Of a stretch of DNA of 64,000 nt, positions 28,750-38,778 are shown piece by piece. Numbering within the stretch: the stretch's first letter is position 1; every line of letters starts with the position of its first letter. The DNA is from Candidatus Latescibacterota bacterium. GTDB lineage: Bacteria; Latescibacterota; UBA2968; UBA8231. The stretch is taken from contig OZ244561.1 in NCBI GenBank assembly GCA_965217585.1, positions 5,184,001-5,248,000 on the forward strand, read 5' to 3'. Made by a program: the position numbers and the translations under genes. The notes under the pieces are model-generated. The model was not told the origin of the DNA, searched no databases, and worked only from the letters and a program-made list of their open reading frames with translations.

Positions 28750-30296
28750 ATAAACCTAGGAACCCCACGACCACGGCACACCCTGACGTTCAGATTTCGG
28801 CGACGAATTTTGGACCCATCGCAAGCGGCACCGTAGATCTGCGGCCGCTGACGGTGTTCGTTGGTCCGAGCAACACCGGCAAGACCTACTTCGCCATTTT
28901 GATCTACGCGTTGCACCGAATCCTTGGTGGATTTCCGCGGCTTCCGTACCACCTACATTATTTTAGGCAAGGTCCTCGACATGACAAATCGGAGGCGGAT
29001 GCTGACGTGCGGGAAGAACTCGAGGATGTTCTCGAAATGCTGGAAACTGAGGGGCGGCAGTTCAGGTTCTCGGACCTGCCCGAAAGTGTGCGCGACGCAG
29101 CACAGACTGCTCTTGGGGATCCCGATTTGTTAGGTGCGGAACTAAGGACCGAACTCGAACGCTGTTTCGATCTCGAGTCGGCTTCCGATCTGGTTCGATT
29201 GTCCGGGCACCCCGATAGCATGAAGGTTTCGCTGGCTGTTGGCGAGGAAGATCGGGATCTCTGGCGTTTCCGCATGGGTATCTCGGAGTCGGGTGTCACC
29301 ACGGATGGTCGAATCGAGGACATGGTCATCCTACCCGAAGGGTGGTCGGCTTCGGAATTCATGCCCGGCCGGCTATTCAGCCATTTCCGAGGATTAATCA
29401 AAGAGTTACGGGGAATCGAACCCCTCAAAGAGTTACGGGGAATCGAACCCTCACTGAGTTTTTGGTATCTATTTGAAGTACTCTTGTACACAGCCCCCAT
29501 TGTTAGCGGGCGGGGCGAGACTCATTACCTGCCGGCCGCCCGCAGCGGCATCATGCAGAGCCACCGCGTTATCGCAAGCTCCTTCGTGGCGCGCTCCACC
29601 CGCGGGGGACTGGAACGCTTCCCGGAGCTTCCGACGCTTTCAGGCGTGATGGCCGATTTCATGCAGCGGCTCATCCTCTACGAAGAGAGCCGAGCGACTA
29701 ACAGGCTGATGAACGCACTCGCCGACGCACTGGAACGCGAGACCCTTGCCGGGCAGATACAGGCCAAGATGTCTCCATCGGGAGGATATCCGGAATTTGT
29801 GTACCGACCACAGGAAACGGAAGAGGACATTCGCCTGACTCGTGCTTCGTCCATGGTGTCCGAACTCGCTCCCGTTGTGCTGTTTCTACGCGGAACCATC
29901 GGTCGTGGCGATATGCTCATCATCGAGGAGCCCGAAGCTCATCTGCATCCCGCTGCCCAGACCCAGATAGCGGTGACCCTAGCGCGCATGATTCGCGCCG
30001 GGGTCCGAGTGGTGGTCACGACGCACAGCGACTGGTTGCTCAAGGAGATCGGAAACCTGATGCGGGAGGGGGAGTTGGGAGAAAAGACAGGTGAGCCCAC
30101 GAGCGAAGAATCCCTTCCGATTTCGCTCCGGCCAAGCGAGGTGGGAATCTGGTTGTTCCGCAAGGATGGAACGTCAGCGGGTTCGATAGTGGAGGAAGTC
30201 CCATTCGACCGCAGCGAAGGCGTGGAGCCTCCTGATTATGAAGATGTCGCTGAAGAACTTTACAACCGTTCAGCAAACCTGCAAAACCGAGTGTAA
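28746..30296 (+). CDS. ABC-type (AAA_15/AAA_21-like) ATPase of defence-associated type
   Basis: NFGPI, GPSNTGKT, LPAARSG, IEEPEAHLHP, TTHSD. Confidence 0.85.
   Translation: MNKPRNPTTTAHPDVQISATNFGPIASGTVDLRPLTVFVGPSNTGKTYFAILIYALHRILGGFPRLPYHLHYFRQGPRHDKSEADADVREELEDVLEMLETEGRQFRFSDLPESVRDAAQTALGDPDLLGAELRTELERCFDLESASDLVRLSGHPDSMKVSLAVGEEDRDLWRFRMGISESGVTTDGRIEDMVILPEGWSASEFMPGRLFSHFRGLIKELRGIEPLKELRGIEPSLSFWYLFEVLLYTAPIVSGRGETHYLPAARSGIMQSHRVIASSFVARSTRGGLERFPELPTLSGVMADFMQRLILYEESRATNRLMNALADALERETLAGQIQAKMSPSGGYPEFVYRPQETEEDIRLTRASSMVSELAPVVLFLRGTIGRGDMLIIEEPEAHLHPAAQTQIAVTLARMIRAGVRVVVTTHSDWLLKEIGNLMREGELGEKTGEPTSEESLPISLRPSEVGIWLFRKDGTSAGSIVEEVPFDRSEGVEPPDYEDVAEELYNRSANLQNRV
29398..29450 (+). 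repeat. In-frame 27-bp tandem duplication (KELRGIEP x2)
   Basis: tcaaagagttacggggaatcgaaccc at 29398 and 29425. Confidence 0.9.
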
Positions 30297-30416
30297 CGAT
30301 TCGTACCAAGTGTTCCAGCGCAGAGAGATTCCTGACTTCACCCCCAATGCAATAGGGCACCCATAAGGGCATCTGTTCCAGACCAATAGTTGGAACAAAT
30401 GTCACAAGGGGTGCCC

Positions 30417-31677
30417 CAGGGCAATCGCACCAAAAATTGAGATTTGTCATAGGGTTATGTTATATTTTCTGTGTCTTTTTCGATAGCGCTGGTGCGCTGC
30501 TTCTCTCCCCTTCTCTTGGAACGTTTCCCCATGGCACCTTCGGCTGATTCACTGATTGAACATTTTTCCCAGGTACCCGATCCCCGTATCGAGCGCAGCC
30601 AAAGGCATCGTCTCATCGATATTGTGGTCATTGCCGTGTGTGGCGCGATCTGCGGGGCCGACAACTGGGTGCATATCGCTGAGTTTGGGCGATCCAAATA
30701 CGACTGGCTAAAAACCTTTCTGGCGTTGCCCAATGGCATTCCTTCCCATGACACCTTCGGCCGCGTCTTCGCCCGGATCTCGCCCGAGCATTTCCAGGAC
30801 TGTTTCAGTGCTTGGGTCCAATCCCTCCTCCCCAAGCTTGAGGAAGAGATTGTGCCTATTGATGGCAAAACGTTGCGCCACTCTTATGACCGAACCTCGG
30901 GTAAAGCAGCCGTACATATGGTCAATGCCTGGGCGGTGAAAAACCGACTGGTGTTAGGCCAGTTCCACTGTGAAGGCGGTCTGGACGAGATCACCCTCAT
31001 TCCCGAACTGCTGCGTGTGCTGGCGCTCAAAGGCTGCATCGTCACCGTCGATGCCATCGGCTGCCACAAAAGCGTGGCCGAACAGGTCATCGACCGGCAA
31101 GGCGACTACGTACTGGCCGTCAAGGCTAATCAGCCCAAGCTGTTGCATCATCTGCGTCAGGTCTTCGACCGAGGGGAGCCTCAACTGCATCAGGATCTAT
31201 CGGTCGACATGTTTGAGACCTACGATGAAAACCACGGCCGCATTGAGACCCGCCGGTACTGGACCACCGATCAGGTCGACGCTTTTGCCGATGGGACCGC
31301 TTGGAAGGGCTTAGGCTTGTTCGGTATGGTTGAAGCCCAGCGACAGGTAGGCGATCAAGTCTCCGTGGAACGACGCTACTATATCTCCAGCCTGGACAAC
31401 GATGCCCAGCGGTTTGGTGAAGCGGTGCGTAGTCATTGGAGCATTGAAAATTCCTTGCACTGGATACTGGATGTGGTCTTCCGTGAAGATGACTCACGGG
31501 TACGCACCGGCCATGCCCCGGAAAATATGGCCCTCCTGCGACAGATTGCCGTGAGTCTGCTCCAGCAAGAGAAGACGGCCAAGGTCGGCGTCCAGACCAA
31601 ACGGCTCAAGGCCGGATGGGATAACACCTATTTGGCTAAAGTATTGTCCGCTGGGCACTTTTGATGCGATTGCCCTG
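30417..31677 (+). mobile_element. ISAs1-family insertion sequence
   Basis: IR cagggcaatcgcaccaaaa / ttttgatgcgattgccctg; 9-bp target duplication ggggtgccc at 30408-30416 and 31678-31686. Confidence 0.93.
30531..31664 (+). CDS. ISAs1 transposase
   Basis: PDPR, PSHDTFGRVF, IDGKTLR, VTVDA, VKANQ, RSHWSIENSLHW, FRED. Confidence 0.95.
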   Translation: MAPSADSLIEHFSQVPDPRIERSQRHRLIDIVVIAVCGAICGADNWVHIAEFGRSKYDWLKTFLALPNGIPSHDTFGRVFARISPEHFQDCFSAWVQSLLPKLEEEIVPIDGKTLRHSYDRTSGKAAVHMVNAWAVKNRLVLGQFHCEGGLDEITLIPELLRVLALKGCIVTVDAIGCHKSVAEQVIDRQGDYVLAVKANQPKLLHHLRQVFDRGEPQLHQDLSVDMFETYDENHGRIETRRYWTTDQVDAFADGTAWKGLGLFGMVEAQRQVGDQVSVERRYYISSLDNDAQRFGEAVRSHWSIENSLHWILDVVFREDDSRVRTGHAPENMALLRQIAVSLLQQEKTAKVGVQTKRLKAGWDNTYLAKVLSAGHF

Positions 31678-31712
31678 GGGGTGCCCCTACGATGTTGTCG
31701 TGTATTAACGTG

Positions 31713-31808
31713 CCCTACTTCTCATCGTCATCAACAACCTTGAAGTCGGCGTCCACTGGACCCGAATCCCCACCCCCTTGCGGCTGGCTGGCGGCACCTT
31801 CCTCCGCT
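31713..31808 (-). repeat. Diverged copy of the dnaK 3' end (direct repeat of 36074-36169)
   Basis: Ungapped alignment, 80/96 nt identical by hand count; encodes [30 protein letters not shown]. Confidence 0.92.
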
Positions 31809-33130
31809 TATTGGGCCGGGTCGGCGGGAGTGTTGGAGTTGTTCAAGCGCTCTTGGTCGGCATAGGGATAGAAATCTCGATTGCGTTCAAACATATCGGC
31901 CGAAGGGCCAGGTTGTCCCAAGCGCCGGCTGTCTTCCCAGCCAGTGCCATTGAGAAAAAGTTCCGCCCGCCGCTGCCGAAAAATTTCATCTAACACGGCT
32001 GCGGCCGACTGCGGGCCGCTGTACGGCGGCAGCGACGCCCCAACGCCATAGGGATCATCCGCGGGCGTTTTGGTGCGTATCGCGTCGATTGCAGCGATGG
32101 CCGCGTCGATGTTGCCCAATATGGCGTGGGCCTCGGCGCGCGTCAGGACCATTTCCCCGGGGAGATAGGCCGGAATAGACGACGTGGCCGAGTGCCAAAA
32201 GCCGGCCAAATTCTCAATGGGAAAGCCGTTGGGGTTGCTCGTTCTCTCGCTCGGCACGGTGTAAAAGGCGAGCCGCGTATCGCCGCTTTCTGTACTGCTC
32301 AGGCCAAAGTGGTCGCGCGGAGCGTAGTCGTCCGAAACGACAACCTGCGCGTACAGGGGATTCTCGTTTTCCGCGTCGTATGTATAGACCGATGTCGCCG
32401 CTGGATCGACGGCATCGGCGTCCTCCAGCGCGGCTTGATAATTGCCGGTAAACAAGTGGTAGCGCGCTCGATAGGCCCGTGTGGTGTTGAGCAGATCAAA
32501 ACCCTCGCCCAATATGTCCGCATTGAATTCGTCGGACGGAGGCGTGGAAGTGGCGGTTTCGAGGGCGCGGTCCAACGAGCGAATTGCTGCGGCGAAAAGC
32601 TCCGCACGCGGCCTAAATGGTGCCTGCCCATCGGCCTGCACGTCTAGGGGCGCGTGGGCAAAAGCCTGCGCGACAAACCCCAAGCACTGCGCTTTGTATA
32701 GGTGCGCCAATGCCACAATGCCGCTGCGCGTTCCCGTGGCAAGCGGCACCTTGGGCGCGTTGGCGATCAGGTCGTTGGCCATGCCTATGATGCGGTAGGA
32801 GTTAGACCAAATACTACTCACGCCGCTGTTGGTTCCCGTTAGGGAGCCGAGGCCGTCTTCTAGTTCGATGAGATTGGAAAACGTCGTATTGGCCGCTAGC
32901 TCGCGGCTGGTGATGGCCGGATGGCGCACGTAGGCATCGACGTTGTTGCTCGCGTAGCCGCGCTGCATACCAATAGCCAGTGCTTTGATGCCGTCGCTGG
33001 TGTTCAACACCTGCTCTTCGAACGCTTGGTTGGGATTTGCTACGTTCAAATCGCAACCCCAAAGCAGCCCACCTACAATAAGTAGCCCGCAAAAAGTCGC
33101 TTGCATCGTCTTGCTTCTCGTCGGTTGCAT
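31808..33130 (-). CDS. susD: SusD/RagB-family outer-membrane lipoprotein
   Basis: LLWGC lipobox, NPNQ, EMVLTRAEA, QRRAELFLNGTGWEDSRR; downstream of susC. Confidence 0.88.
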   Translation of the reverse strand: MQPTRSKTMQATFCGLLIVGGLLWGCDLNVANPNQAFEEQVLNTSDGIKALAIGMQRGYASNNVDAYVRHPAITSRELAANTTFSNLIELEDGLGSLTGTNSGVSSIWSNSYRIIGMANDLIANAPKVPLATGTRSGIVALAHLYKAQCLGFVAQAFAHAPLDVQADGQAPFRPRAELFAAAIRSLDRALETATSTPPSDEFNADILGEGFDLLNTTRAYRARYHLFTGNYQAALEDADAVDPAATSVYTYDAENENPLYAQVVVSDDYAPRDHFGLSSTESGDTRLAFYTVPSERTSNPNGFPIENLAGFWHSATSSIPAYLPGEMVLTRAEAHAILGNIDAAIAAIDAIRTKTPADDPYGVGASLPPYSGPQSAAAVLDEIFRQRRAELFLNGTGWEDSRRLGQPGPSADMFERNRDFYPYADQERLNNSNTPADPAQ

Positions 33131-33147
33131 AGTTGTCTGAATCCTGC

Positions 33148-36063
33148 TCAGTAATGCAGGCTGACGCGCATTGAGAAACTGCGCGGAATGGGCACTTCGA
33201 CAAAGTCAAAGCCGCGCACGGCGGTGCGTTGGCCCGCGACATTGGTCTCTGGGTCGTAGCCGCTGTAGTTGTCGAGGGAAAACAAATTGCGCCCCACCAA
33301 GCTCAACTGAACGCTGCTGGTGCCCAAAAACGAGGGCTGCCAGCGATACGACGCAGATAACTCGCGCAACTTTACAAAGGAGCCGTCTTCGATCCAGTGT
33401 TCAAAAATGCGGAAGACTCGCGCATTGTAGCCGGCCGGCAGTTCGCCGTTTAATTCGCGTTCGTAGTCTGTCAACACGCCAAACGAACTGAGGGCGGCCA
33501 AGCGCCGCGTAAAGTTAAACACATCGCCCCCTACGACCGCGTCCAATTGGGCGCGCACCGACCAGTGCCGCCCCACGGCGAACTGGTTGATCCAGGAAGC
33601 GGTAAAATCCGGGTTGGGGTCGCCGATGATTTTGCGCTCAGCCGCTCGCATGGGGAGGCCGTCTGCGTCGAGGGCGATGTGGCCATTGGCATCGCGTGCG
33701 AAGGCCGTGCTAAAGAACACGCCGAGGGGGTTGCCGTTGATGGCCGAGACTTGCGAAAACGAATTGGGCAGGATCAAGCGCCCGCCTTCGATACCATCGA
33801 CGCGGTTTTTGTTGGTCGCATACGTCAGGGTCGATTCCCAGCGGAGCTGGGAATGCACCAGCGGAATGGTGCGCACGAGCAACTCCCACCCCTTGTTGTC
33901 CATGGTGCCGACATTTTGCAAAATCCGCGCATGGCCGGTGGATGGGGACAACGTGCGCATCAACAATAAGTCGTCGATATGTTGATCGTAATACGTGAGC
34001 TCCACGCCGAGGCGATTGGACCAAAAACCAACATCCGCGCCGACTTCGATTTCTCGCTGTCGCTCGGGTTTGATCGCCCCGCCGAGTTGGATGCTGGGGA
34101 CTAGGCCGGGGCGGCCGTTGTATGCGGAGGCATTGTAATTGGTAAAGCGGTCAAACGGGCCAATGGCGGTTTGACCACCGGACGTGCCGATGGAAGCACG
34201 CAGCTTGAAGTCTGCAAACACGTCGTCTAGGGCGCTGTTTTGCCAGAAGCCCGCCTTTGAAATGAGATAGGCCGCGCCGGCCTTTGGATAAAATTGCCAG
34301 CGCTGGTCCTTGCCATAGACCGAAGAGGCATCGACGCGGGCCGCGCCGGTGAGAAACAGTTGATCGAAAAGCGCCACAGTTTGCTGCACAAAGCCGCCGT
34401 ACAGGGCCTTCTCGCTCCTAAATTCGCTGGCCACGACGGTCGCCCCGCTCGACACGGTTTGGGCGACTGGACTCAGGTCCTTGGCCTCCGCGCTAAAGGT
34501 TTCCCCCTTTTCGTATTGCAGGGTTCCGCCGACGAGCAGGGTCGATTGCACGTGGGGCGCTACGTCCTGCTGGTAGCGTACATGGATGTCGTTGTTGAGT
34601 TGGAGAAAGTCGAATGCGGCGCGGCGCGCAAAGCCGTTGGTCAAGCCCGGCGCGGAGGTCCCGGCCGGGATAAATGCAAGGGCCGTTTGATCGTAGGTGT
34701 CAAGCCCCAACGTATAGTCGATGCTCAAGCGAGATAGCGGGGCGAGCTCGAGTCGGGCATAGCCTATATAGCGAGAGACTTCTTGCGTAAAATCGTAGCG
34801 GTCAATGACCTCTAATGGGTTGGCGAGAACGCCTTTATTGGGATACGCGCCGGTTGTGGGATCGGGCGTGGGGTCGTAGGTATTGGGGCCAAAAATAAAA
34901 CCCGTCAGTGCCCCGTAGTTTGAGTTTAATCCGCCGTTGGGAATGTCGTTGCTCTTGCTAAATGCGAAATGGCCGCCCACAGACAACGTGGCCCAAGGCG
35001 ACAATTCCTGATCGATGCGCGTGCGCCCCCCCATGCGCCGAAACGAACTATTGGCAACCACGCCCTGATCTGCCAAGTAGGATCCCGAGGCAAAGTAGCG
35101 GGTGCTGCCGGCCCCGCCCAATACCGAGACGTAGTGCTCGGTGCCGGCGGCGCGGCGAAAAATGAAATCTTGGTGATCGAAGCGCTGCACGTCCGAGCCG
35201 TCGGGATTTTTGTCGCCGTTGTTGTCAACAGGTGCCTTGTTGACCGCAAGCGTTTTGCGCACTTGGGCGGTTGAAAAACGGGAAGTGTAGGTGATCTGCG
35301 GCTTGCCCAACGCGCCGCGCTTGGTAAAGATCTGCACGACGCCGTTGTTGGCACGCGAGCCGTACAGGGCGGCGGCCGCCGCGCCTTTGACGACCTCAAC
35401 GCGCTCTATGTCGTTGGGGTTGAGATCGACGAGGCGGTTTTGCGCCCCGCCGCCGAGGCGGATGAGTTCGGGCGAACTGTTGTTGACAACGACGCCATCC
35501 ACCATATAGAGCGGATCGGCGTCGCCCAACACCGTACCAGTGCCGCGCAAGCGGACGGTCGCGCCGCCGGCCGGATTGCCCGAATTTTGCTGAACGAGCA
35601 CACCGGCCAATTTGCCGGTCAGCGCTTTGTCGAGGGCCGAGGTGCCGGCCGTTGCCAACTGCCGTGCGCTGAGGGTGGAAATGGCATTGCCCAGTTGCTT
35701 TTTACTCGCGGCAGCGGAAAGGCCGGTGACGACAATTTCATCCAATTGCAAGGCATCCACGGCAAGCTGAAAAACAACGGTTGTCAGGCCGTCGTTTTGG
35801 CGAATGGCGTGTCGGGCGGATTGGTAGCCCACAAACCGCGCTTCGAGCAGGGTTTCCGTCGCCGGCAGCGGCAGGACGAGTGCGAACTTGCCGTCAGTAT
35901 CGGCGGTGGTGCCGATGGTTGTCCCAACGACGCCAATGCTAGCGCCGGGCAGGGGCTCGCCGCGTTCATCGGTGACCGCCCCTGCAATGGTGAGTTGGGC
36001 AAAAGCCGCCGCGGGAATGCCGAACCAAAAAAGAAATGCGAATAGGCAATATAGGCTTGCCAT
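33148..36063 (-). CDS. susC: SusC/RagA-family TonB-dependent transporter
   Basis: GAVTDERGEPLPGA, LDEIVVTG, PLYMVDGV, DIERVEVVKGAAAAALYGSRANNGVVQIFTKRG. Confidence 0.93.
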   Translation of the reverse strand: MASLYCLFAFLFWFGIPAAAFAQLTIAGAVTDERGEPLPGASIGVVGTTIGTTADTDGKFALVLPLPATETLLEARFVGYQSARHAIRQNDGLTTVVFQLAVDALQLDEIVVTGLSAAASKKQLGNAISTLSARQLATAGTSALDKALTGKLAGVLVQQNSGNPAGGATVRLRGTGTVLGDADPLYMVDGVVVNNSSPELIRLGGGAQNRLVDLNPNDIERVEVVKGAAAAALYGSRANNGVVQIFTKRGALGKPQITYTSRFSTAQVRKTLAVNKAPVDNNGDKNPDGSDVQRFDHQDFIFRRAAGTEHYVSVLGGAGSTRYFASGSYLADQGVVANSSFRRMGGRTRIDQELSPWATLSVGGHFAFSKSNDIPNGGLNSNYGALTGFIFGPNTYDPTPDPTTGAYPNKGVLANPLEVIDRYDFTQEVSRYIGYARLELAPLSRLSIDYTLGLDTYDQTALAFIPAGTSAPGLTNGFARRAAFDFLQLNNDIHVRYQQDVAPHVQSTLLVGGTLQYEKGETFSAEAKDLSPVAQTVSSGATVVASEFRSEKALYGGFVQQTVALFDQLFLTGAARVDASSVYGKDQRWQFYPKAGAAYLISKAGFWQNSALDDVFADFKLRASIGTSGGQTAIGPFDRFTNYNASAYNGRPGLVPSIQLGGAIKPERQREIEVGADVGFWSNRLGVELTYYDQHIDDLLLMRTLSPSTGHARILQNVGTMDNKGWELLVRTIPLVHSQLRWESTLTYATNKNRVDGIEGGRLILPNSFSQVSAINGNPLGVFFSTAFARDANGHIALDADGLPMRAAERKIIGDPNPDFTASWINQFAVGRHWSVRAQLDAVVGGDVFNFTRRLAALSSFGVLTDYERELNGELPAGYNARVFRIFEHWIEDGSFVKLRELSASYRWQPSFLGTSSVQLSLVGRNLFSLDNYSGYDPETNVAGQRTAVRGFDFVEVPIPRSFSMRVSLHY

Positions 36064-36075
36064 GGGTAGAAAACC

Positions 36076-37995
36076 CTACTTCTTGTCGTCATCAACGACC
36101 TTGAAGTCCGCATCCACTGGCTCCGTATCCCCGCTCCCTTGAGGCTGACCGGCGGCACCTTCTGGCGCTGGCTCGCCCTGGGCCTGTTCGGCTTGGGTGT
36201 CCTTGTACATTTCCTCCGCCAGCTTGTGCGACGCCTGTTGCAGCGCGGTCATGGCCTGATTGATGGCCTCGTCGTCCGTGCCTTCGAGTGCTTCCTTTAG
36301 CGCGGTGACTGCGTCCTCAACGCCTTTCTTGTCGGCGTCGGCCAGCTTGTCGCCGTACTCGGCCAGCGATTTTTCCGTCGCGTAAATGAGCTGGTCGGCC
36401 TCGTTGCGGCGATCGACGGCTTCGCGGCGCTGTTTGTCCTCATCGGCGTGGGCCTCGGCGTCCTTCTGCATGGTGTCGATCTCATCTTGGCTCAAGCCCG
36501 AGGACGACTCGATGTGAATGGATTGCTCCTTGCTGGTGCCCTTATCCTTGGCCCCGACGTTGAGGATGCCGTTGGCGTCAATGTCGAAGGTCACCTCGAT
36601 TTGAGGCATGCCGCGCGGGGCCGAGGGGATGCCGTCGAGGTGGAAGCGGCCGAGGGTGCGGTTGTCGTTGGCGAATTCCCGCTCGCCTTGCAGCACGTGG
36701 ACCTCCACCGAGGGCTGGTTGTCCGAGGCCGTGGAAAAGATCTGGCTCTTCTTGGTGGGGATGGTGGTGTTGCGGTCGATCAGCCGCGTCATTACTCCGC
36801 CCATGGTCTCGATCCCCAGCGACAGCGGCGTCACGTCGAGGAGCAGGACGTCGTCGACGTCGCCAGCCAGGACGCCAGCTTGGATAGCCGCGCCCAAGGC
36901 CACCACCTCGTCGGGGTTGACGCTGCGGTTTGGCTCTTGGTTGAAGAGGGCTTGGATGGTCTCTTGGATTTTGGGGATGCGCGTCGAGCCACCGACCAAA
37001 ATCACTTGGTCTATTTCGCTGGCTTGCAATTCGGCGTCGGCGAGGGCTTGCTGGCAGGGGCCCTTGGTGCGCTCGATCAGGTCGTCAACCAAGCGCTCAA
37101 ACTGGGCGCGGGACAGGCTGGTTTGCAAGTGCTTCGGCCCCGTTTGATCGGCGGTGATAAACGGCAGATTGATTTCGGTCGCAGTGGAGGAAGACAGCTC
37201 GATCTTGGCTTTTTCGGCCGCTTCCTTGAGCCGTTGCAGGGCCATAGGGTCGCGGCGCAGGTCGATGCCCTCGTTCTTTGCAAATTCCTCGGCGAGCCAA
37301 TCGATGATTTTCTGGTCGAAGTCGTCGCCGCCAAGGTGGGTGTCGCCGTTGGTGGATTTGACCTCAAAGACGCCGTCGCCCAGTTCGAGGATGGAAATGT
37401 CGAAGGTGCCGCCGCCGAGGTCGTACACGGCGATCTGCTCGTTGGTGCCGCCCTTATCTAAGCCGTAGGCCAGCGCCGCGGCGGTCGGCTCGTTGACGAT
37501 GCGCAAAACCTCCAGGCCGGCGATGGTGCCCGCGTCCTTGGTGGCTTGGCGTTGGGCGTCGTTGAAATACGCCGGGACGGTGACAACGGCTTGTTGCACT
37601 TCCTCGCCCAGATAGTCTTCGGCCGTCTGCTTCATCTTTTGCAAGATCATGGCCGAGATTTCCGGCGGCGTGTGTTCCTTGCCGTCGATTTTGGCCACGG
37701 CCATGTCGCGGCCACTTGGGGCCACTTCGTAGGGAACTTCGCTTATTTCGTTGGCGACTTCGCCGTAGCGGCGGCCCATGAAGCGCTTGATCGAATAGAC
37801 CGTGTTTTGCGGGTTGGTGACGGCTTGGCGCTTGGCGGTCTGGCCGACGAGGCGCTCGCCGTCTTTGGTGAAACCGACCATGGAGGGCGTGGTGCGGCCC
37901 CCTTCGGAGTTGGGGATGACCTCCGAGTCTTGGCCTTCGATGACGGCCACGCACGAGTTGGTGGTGCCTAAGTCGATGCCGATGACTTTAGCCAT
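36076..37995 (-). CDS. dnaK: Chaperone DnaK (Hsp70)
   Basis: [34 protein letters not shown]; AAGGAG RBS. Confidence 0.99.
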   Translation of the reverse strand: MAKVIGIDLGTTNSCVAVIEGQDSEVIPNSEGGRTTPSMVGFTKDGERLVGQTAKRQAVTNPQNTVYSIKRFMGRRYGEVANEISEVPYEVAPSGRDMAVAKIDGKEHTPPEISAMILQKMKQTAEDYLGEEVQQAVVTVPAYFNDAQRQATKDAGTIAGLEVLRIVNEPTAAALAYGLDKGGTNEQIAVYDLGGGTFDISILELGDGVFEVKSTNGDTHLGGDDFDQKIIDWLAEEFAKNEGIDLRRDPMALQRLKEAAEKAKIELSSSTATEINLPFITADQTGPKHLQTSLSRAQFERLVDDLIERTKGPCQQALADAELQASEIDQVILVGGSTRIPKIQETIQALFNQEPNRSVNPDEVVALGAAIQAGVLAGDVDDVLLLDVTPLSLGIETMGGVMTRLIDRNTTIPTKKSQIFSTASDNQPSVEVHVLQGEREFANDNRTLGRFHLDGIPSAPRGMPQIEVTFDIDANGILNVGAKDKGTSKEQSIHIESSSGLSQDEIDTMQKDAEAHADEDKQRREAVDRRNEADQLIYATEKSLAEYGDKLADADKKGVEDAVTALKEALEGTDDEAINQAMTALQQASHKLAEEMYKDTQAEQAQGEPAPEGAAGQPQGSGDTEPVDADFKVVDDDKK

Positions 37996-38030
37996 TGTTT
38001 TTTTCTCCTTTTTTGAGGTTAGGGTCATTA

Positions 38031-38291
38031 CTACGTGATCGCGCTCGATTTAGTGGTGAAAATGTTTAGCGGTTCGATTTCCACACGGACCACATCAAAG
38101 CCTGCTTTTCTGACATGCGCCAGCGCAGAAGTGATGGCGTCCTCCAACGACGGGGCTTCTCGGTGAAAGTGAACCTGCGGGACACCAGCCATAGTGACAA
38201 GCGTACCGTCATTGAAGATGCCGTAGAGTCGATCCGATTCTTCTTCGTTGGGATCGGCTGTTAAAATAAGTGTGAATTCATGCACTCTCAT
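38031..38291 (-). CDS. Small protein, putative antitoxin partner of the upstream ORF
   Basis: HEFTLIL...[15 protein letters not shown]; AAGGA RBS; follows the HicA-like ORF. Confidence 0.55.
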   Translation of the reverse strand: MRVHEFTLILTADPNEEESDRLYGIFNDGTLVTMAGVPQVHFHREAPSLEDAITSALAHVRKAGFDVVRVEIEPLNIFTTKSSAIT

Positions 38292-38303
38292 GGTAAGTTC
38301 CTT

Positions 38304-38543
38304 TTATCTATTCCCTTCATAATGAGGGCAATGGTCAATGTAGCGGCAAATGTCCCGTGCATGTCGTTCAGGGTTCAGCGGCGTTGACATGACTCGAATG
38401 CGACAGCCTTCGCGGGTGCGTTTCGGACACCATAATGTACCCCATATATGAGCTCGAGGCCCAGCTTTCGTGACGCTCCATTCTTTGCTTTCAGCGTAAC
38501 GAATCGCATCGCGGATATGTTTGTTTGAGTGGCTAGCTCGCAT
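38304..38543 (-). CDS. Small basic HicA-like protein, putative toxin
   Basis: HSNKHIRDAIRYAESKEW...AHIWGTLWCP...VMSTP pattern resembles the HicA dsRBD-like fold. Confidence 0.5.
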   Translation of the reverse strand: MRASHSNKHIRDAIRYAESKEWSVTKAGPRAHIWGTLWCPKRTREGCRIRVMSTPLNPERHARDICRYIDHCPHYEGNR

Positions 38544-38600
38544 TGAGTTGTTCTATTGAGCCTTAACGCAAGGATGGTCTGCGTTAAGGCAGTCCAGTCT

Positions 38601-38778
38601 CCTCAGAAGCGTTTTAAAATCCTCTCAAAAGCGTTCTTAAAATCCCCGTCGGGCTGCTTTTACGGGGCTGTCGAGTGGCCTTGGCGTCAAGCGTTTTTAG
38701 AGCGCGCGACGCCCTTGGTTCCAGATGCTTGGAACCAAGCGAGAGACCGAAATCCTAGTTTTAAGAACGCTTCTGAGG
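38601..38778. mobile_element. MITE-like non-autonomous element
   Basis: Right end ttttaagaacgcttctgagg (38759-38778) is the inverse of two left copies (38601-38619, 38623-38642); internal hairpin cttggttcca-N6-tggaaccaag. Confidence 0.55.

Noticed and set aside
29398-29450. gttacggggaatcgaaccc looks like a reverse tRNA T-arm or CRISPR repeat
   Set aside because: Two abutting copies inside an ORF; no cloverleaf and no spacer
38560-38590. gccttaac...gttaaggc hairpin resembling integron attC R boxes
   Set aside because: Only 31 bp, no L boxes or extrahelical bases, imperfect consensus and no integrase; more likely a simple hairpin or operator
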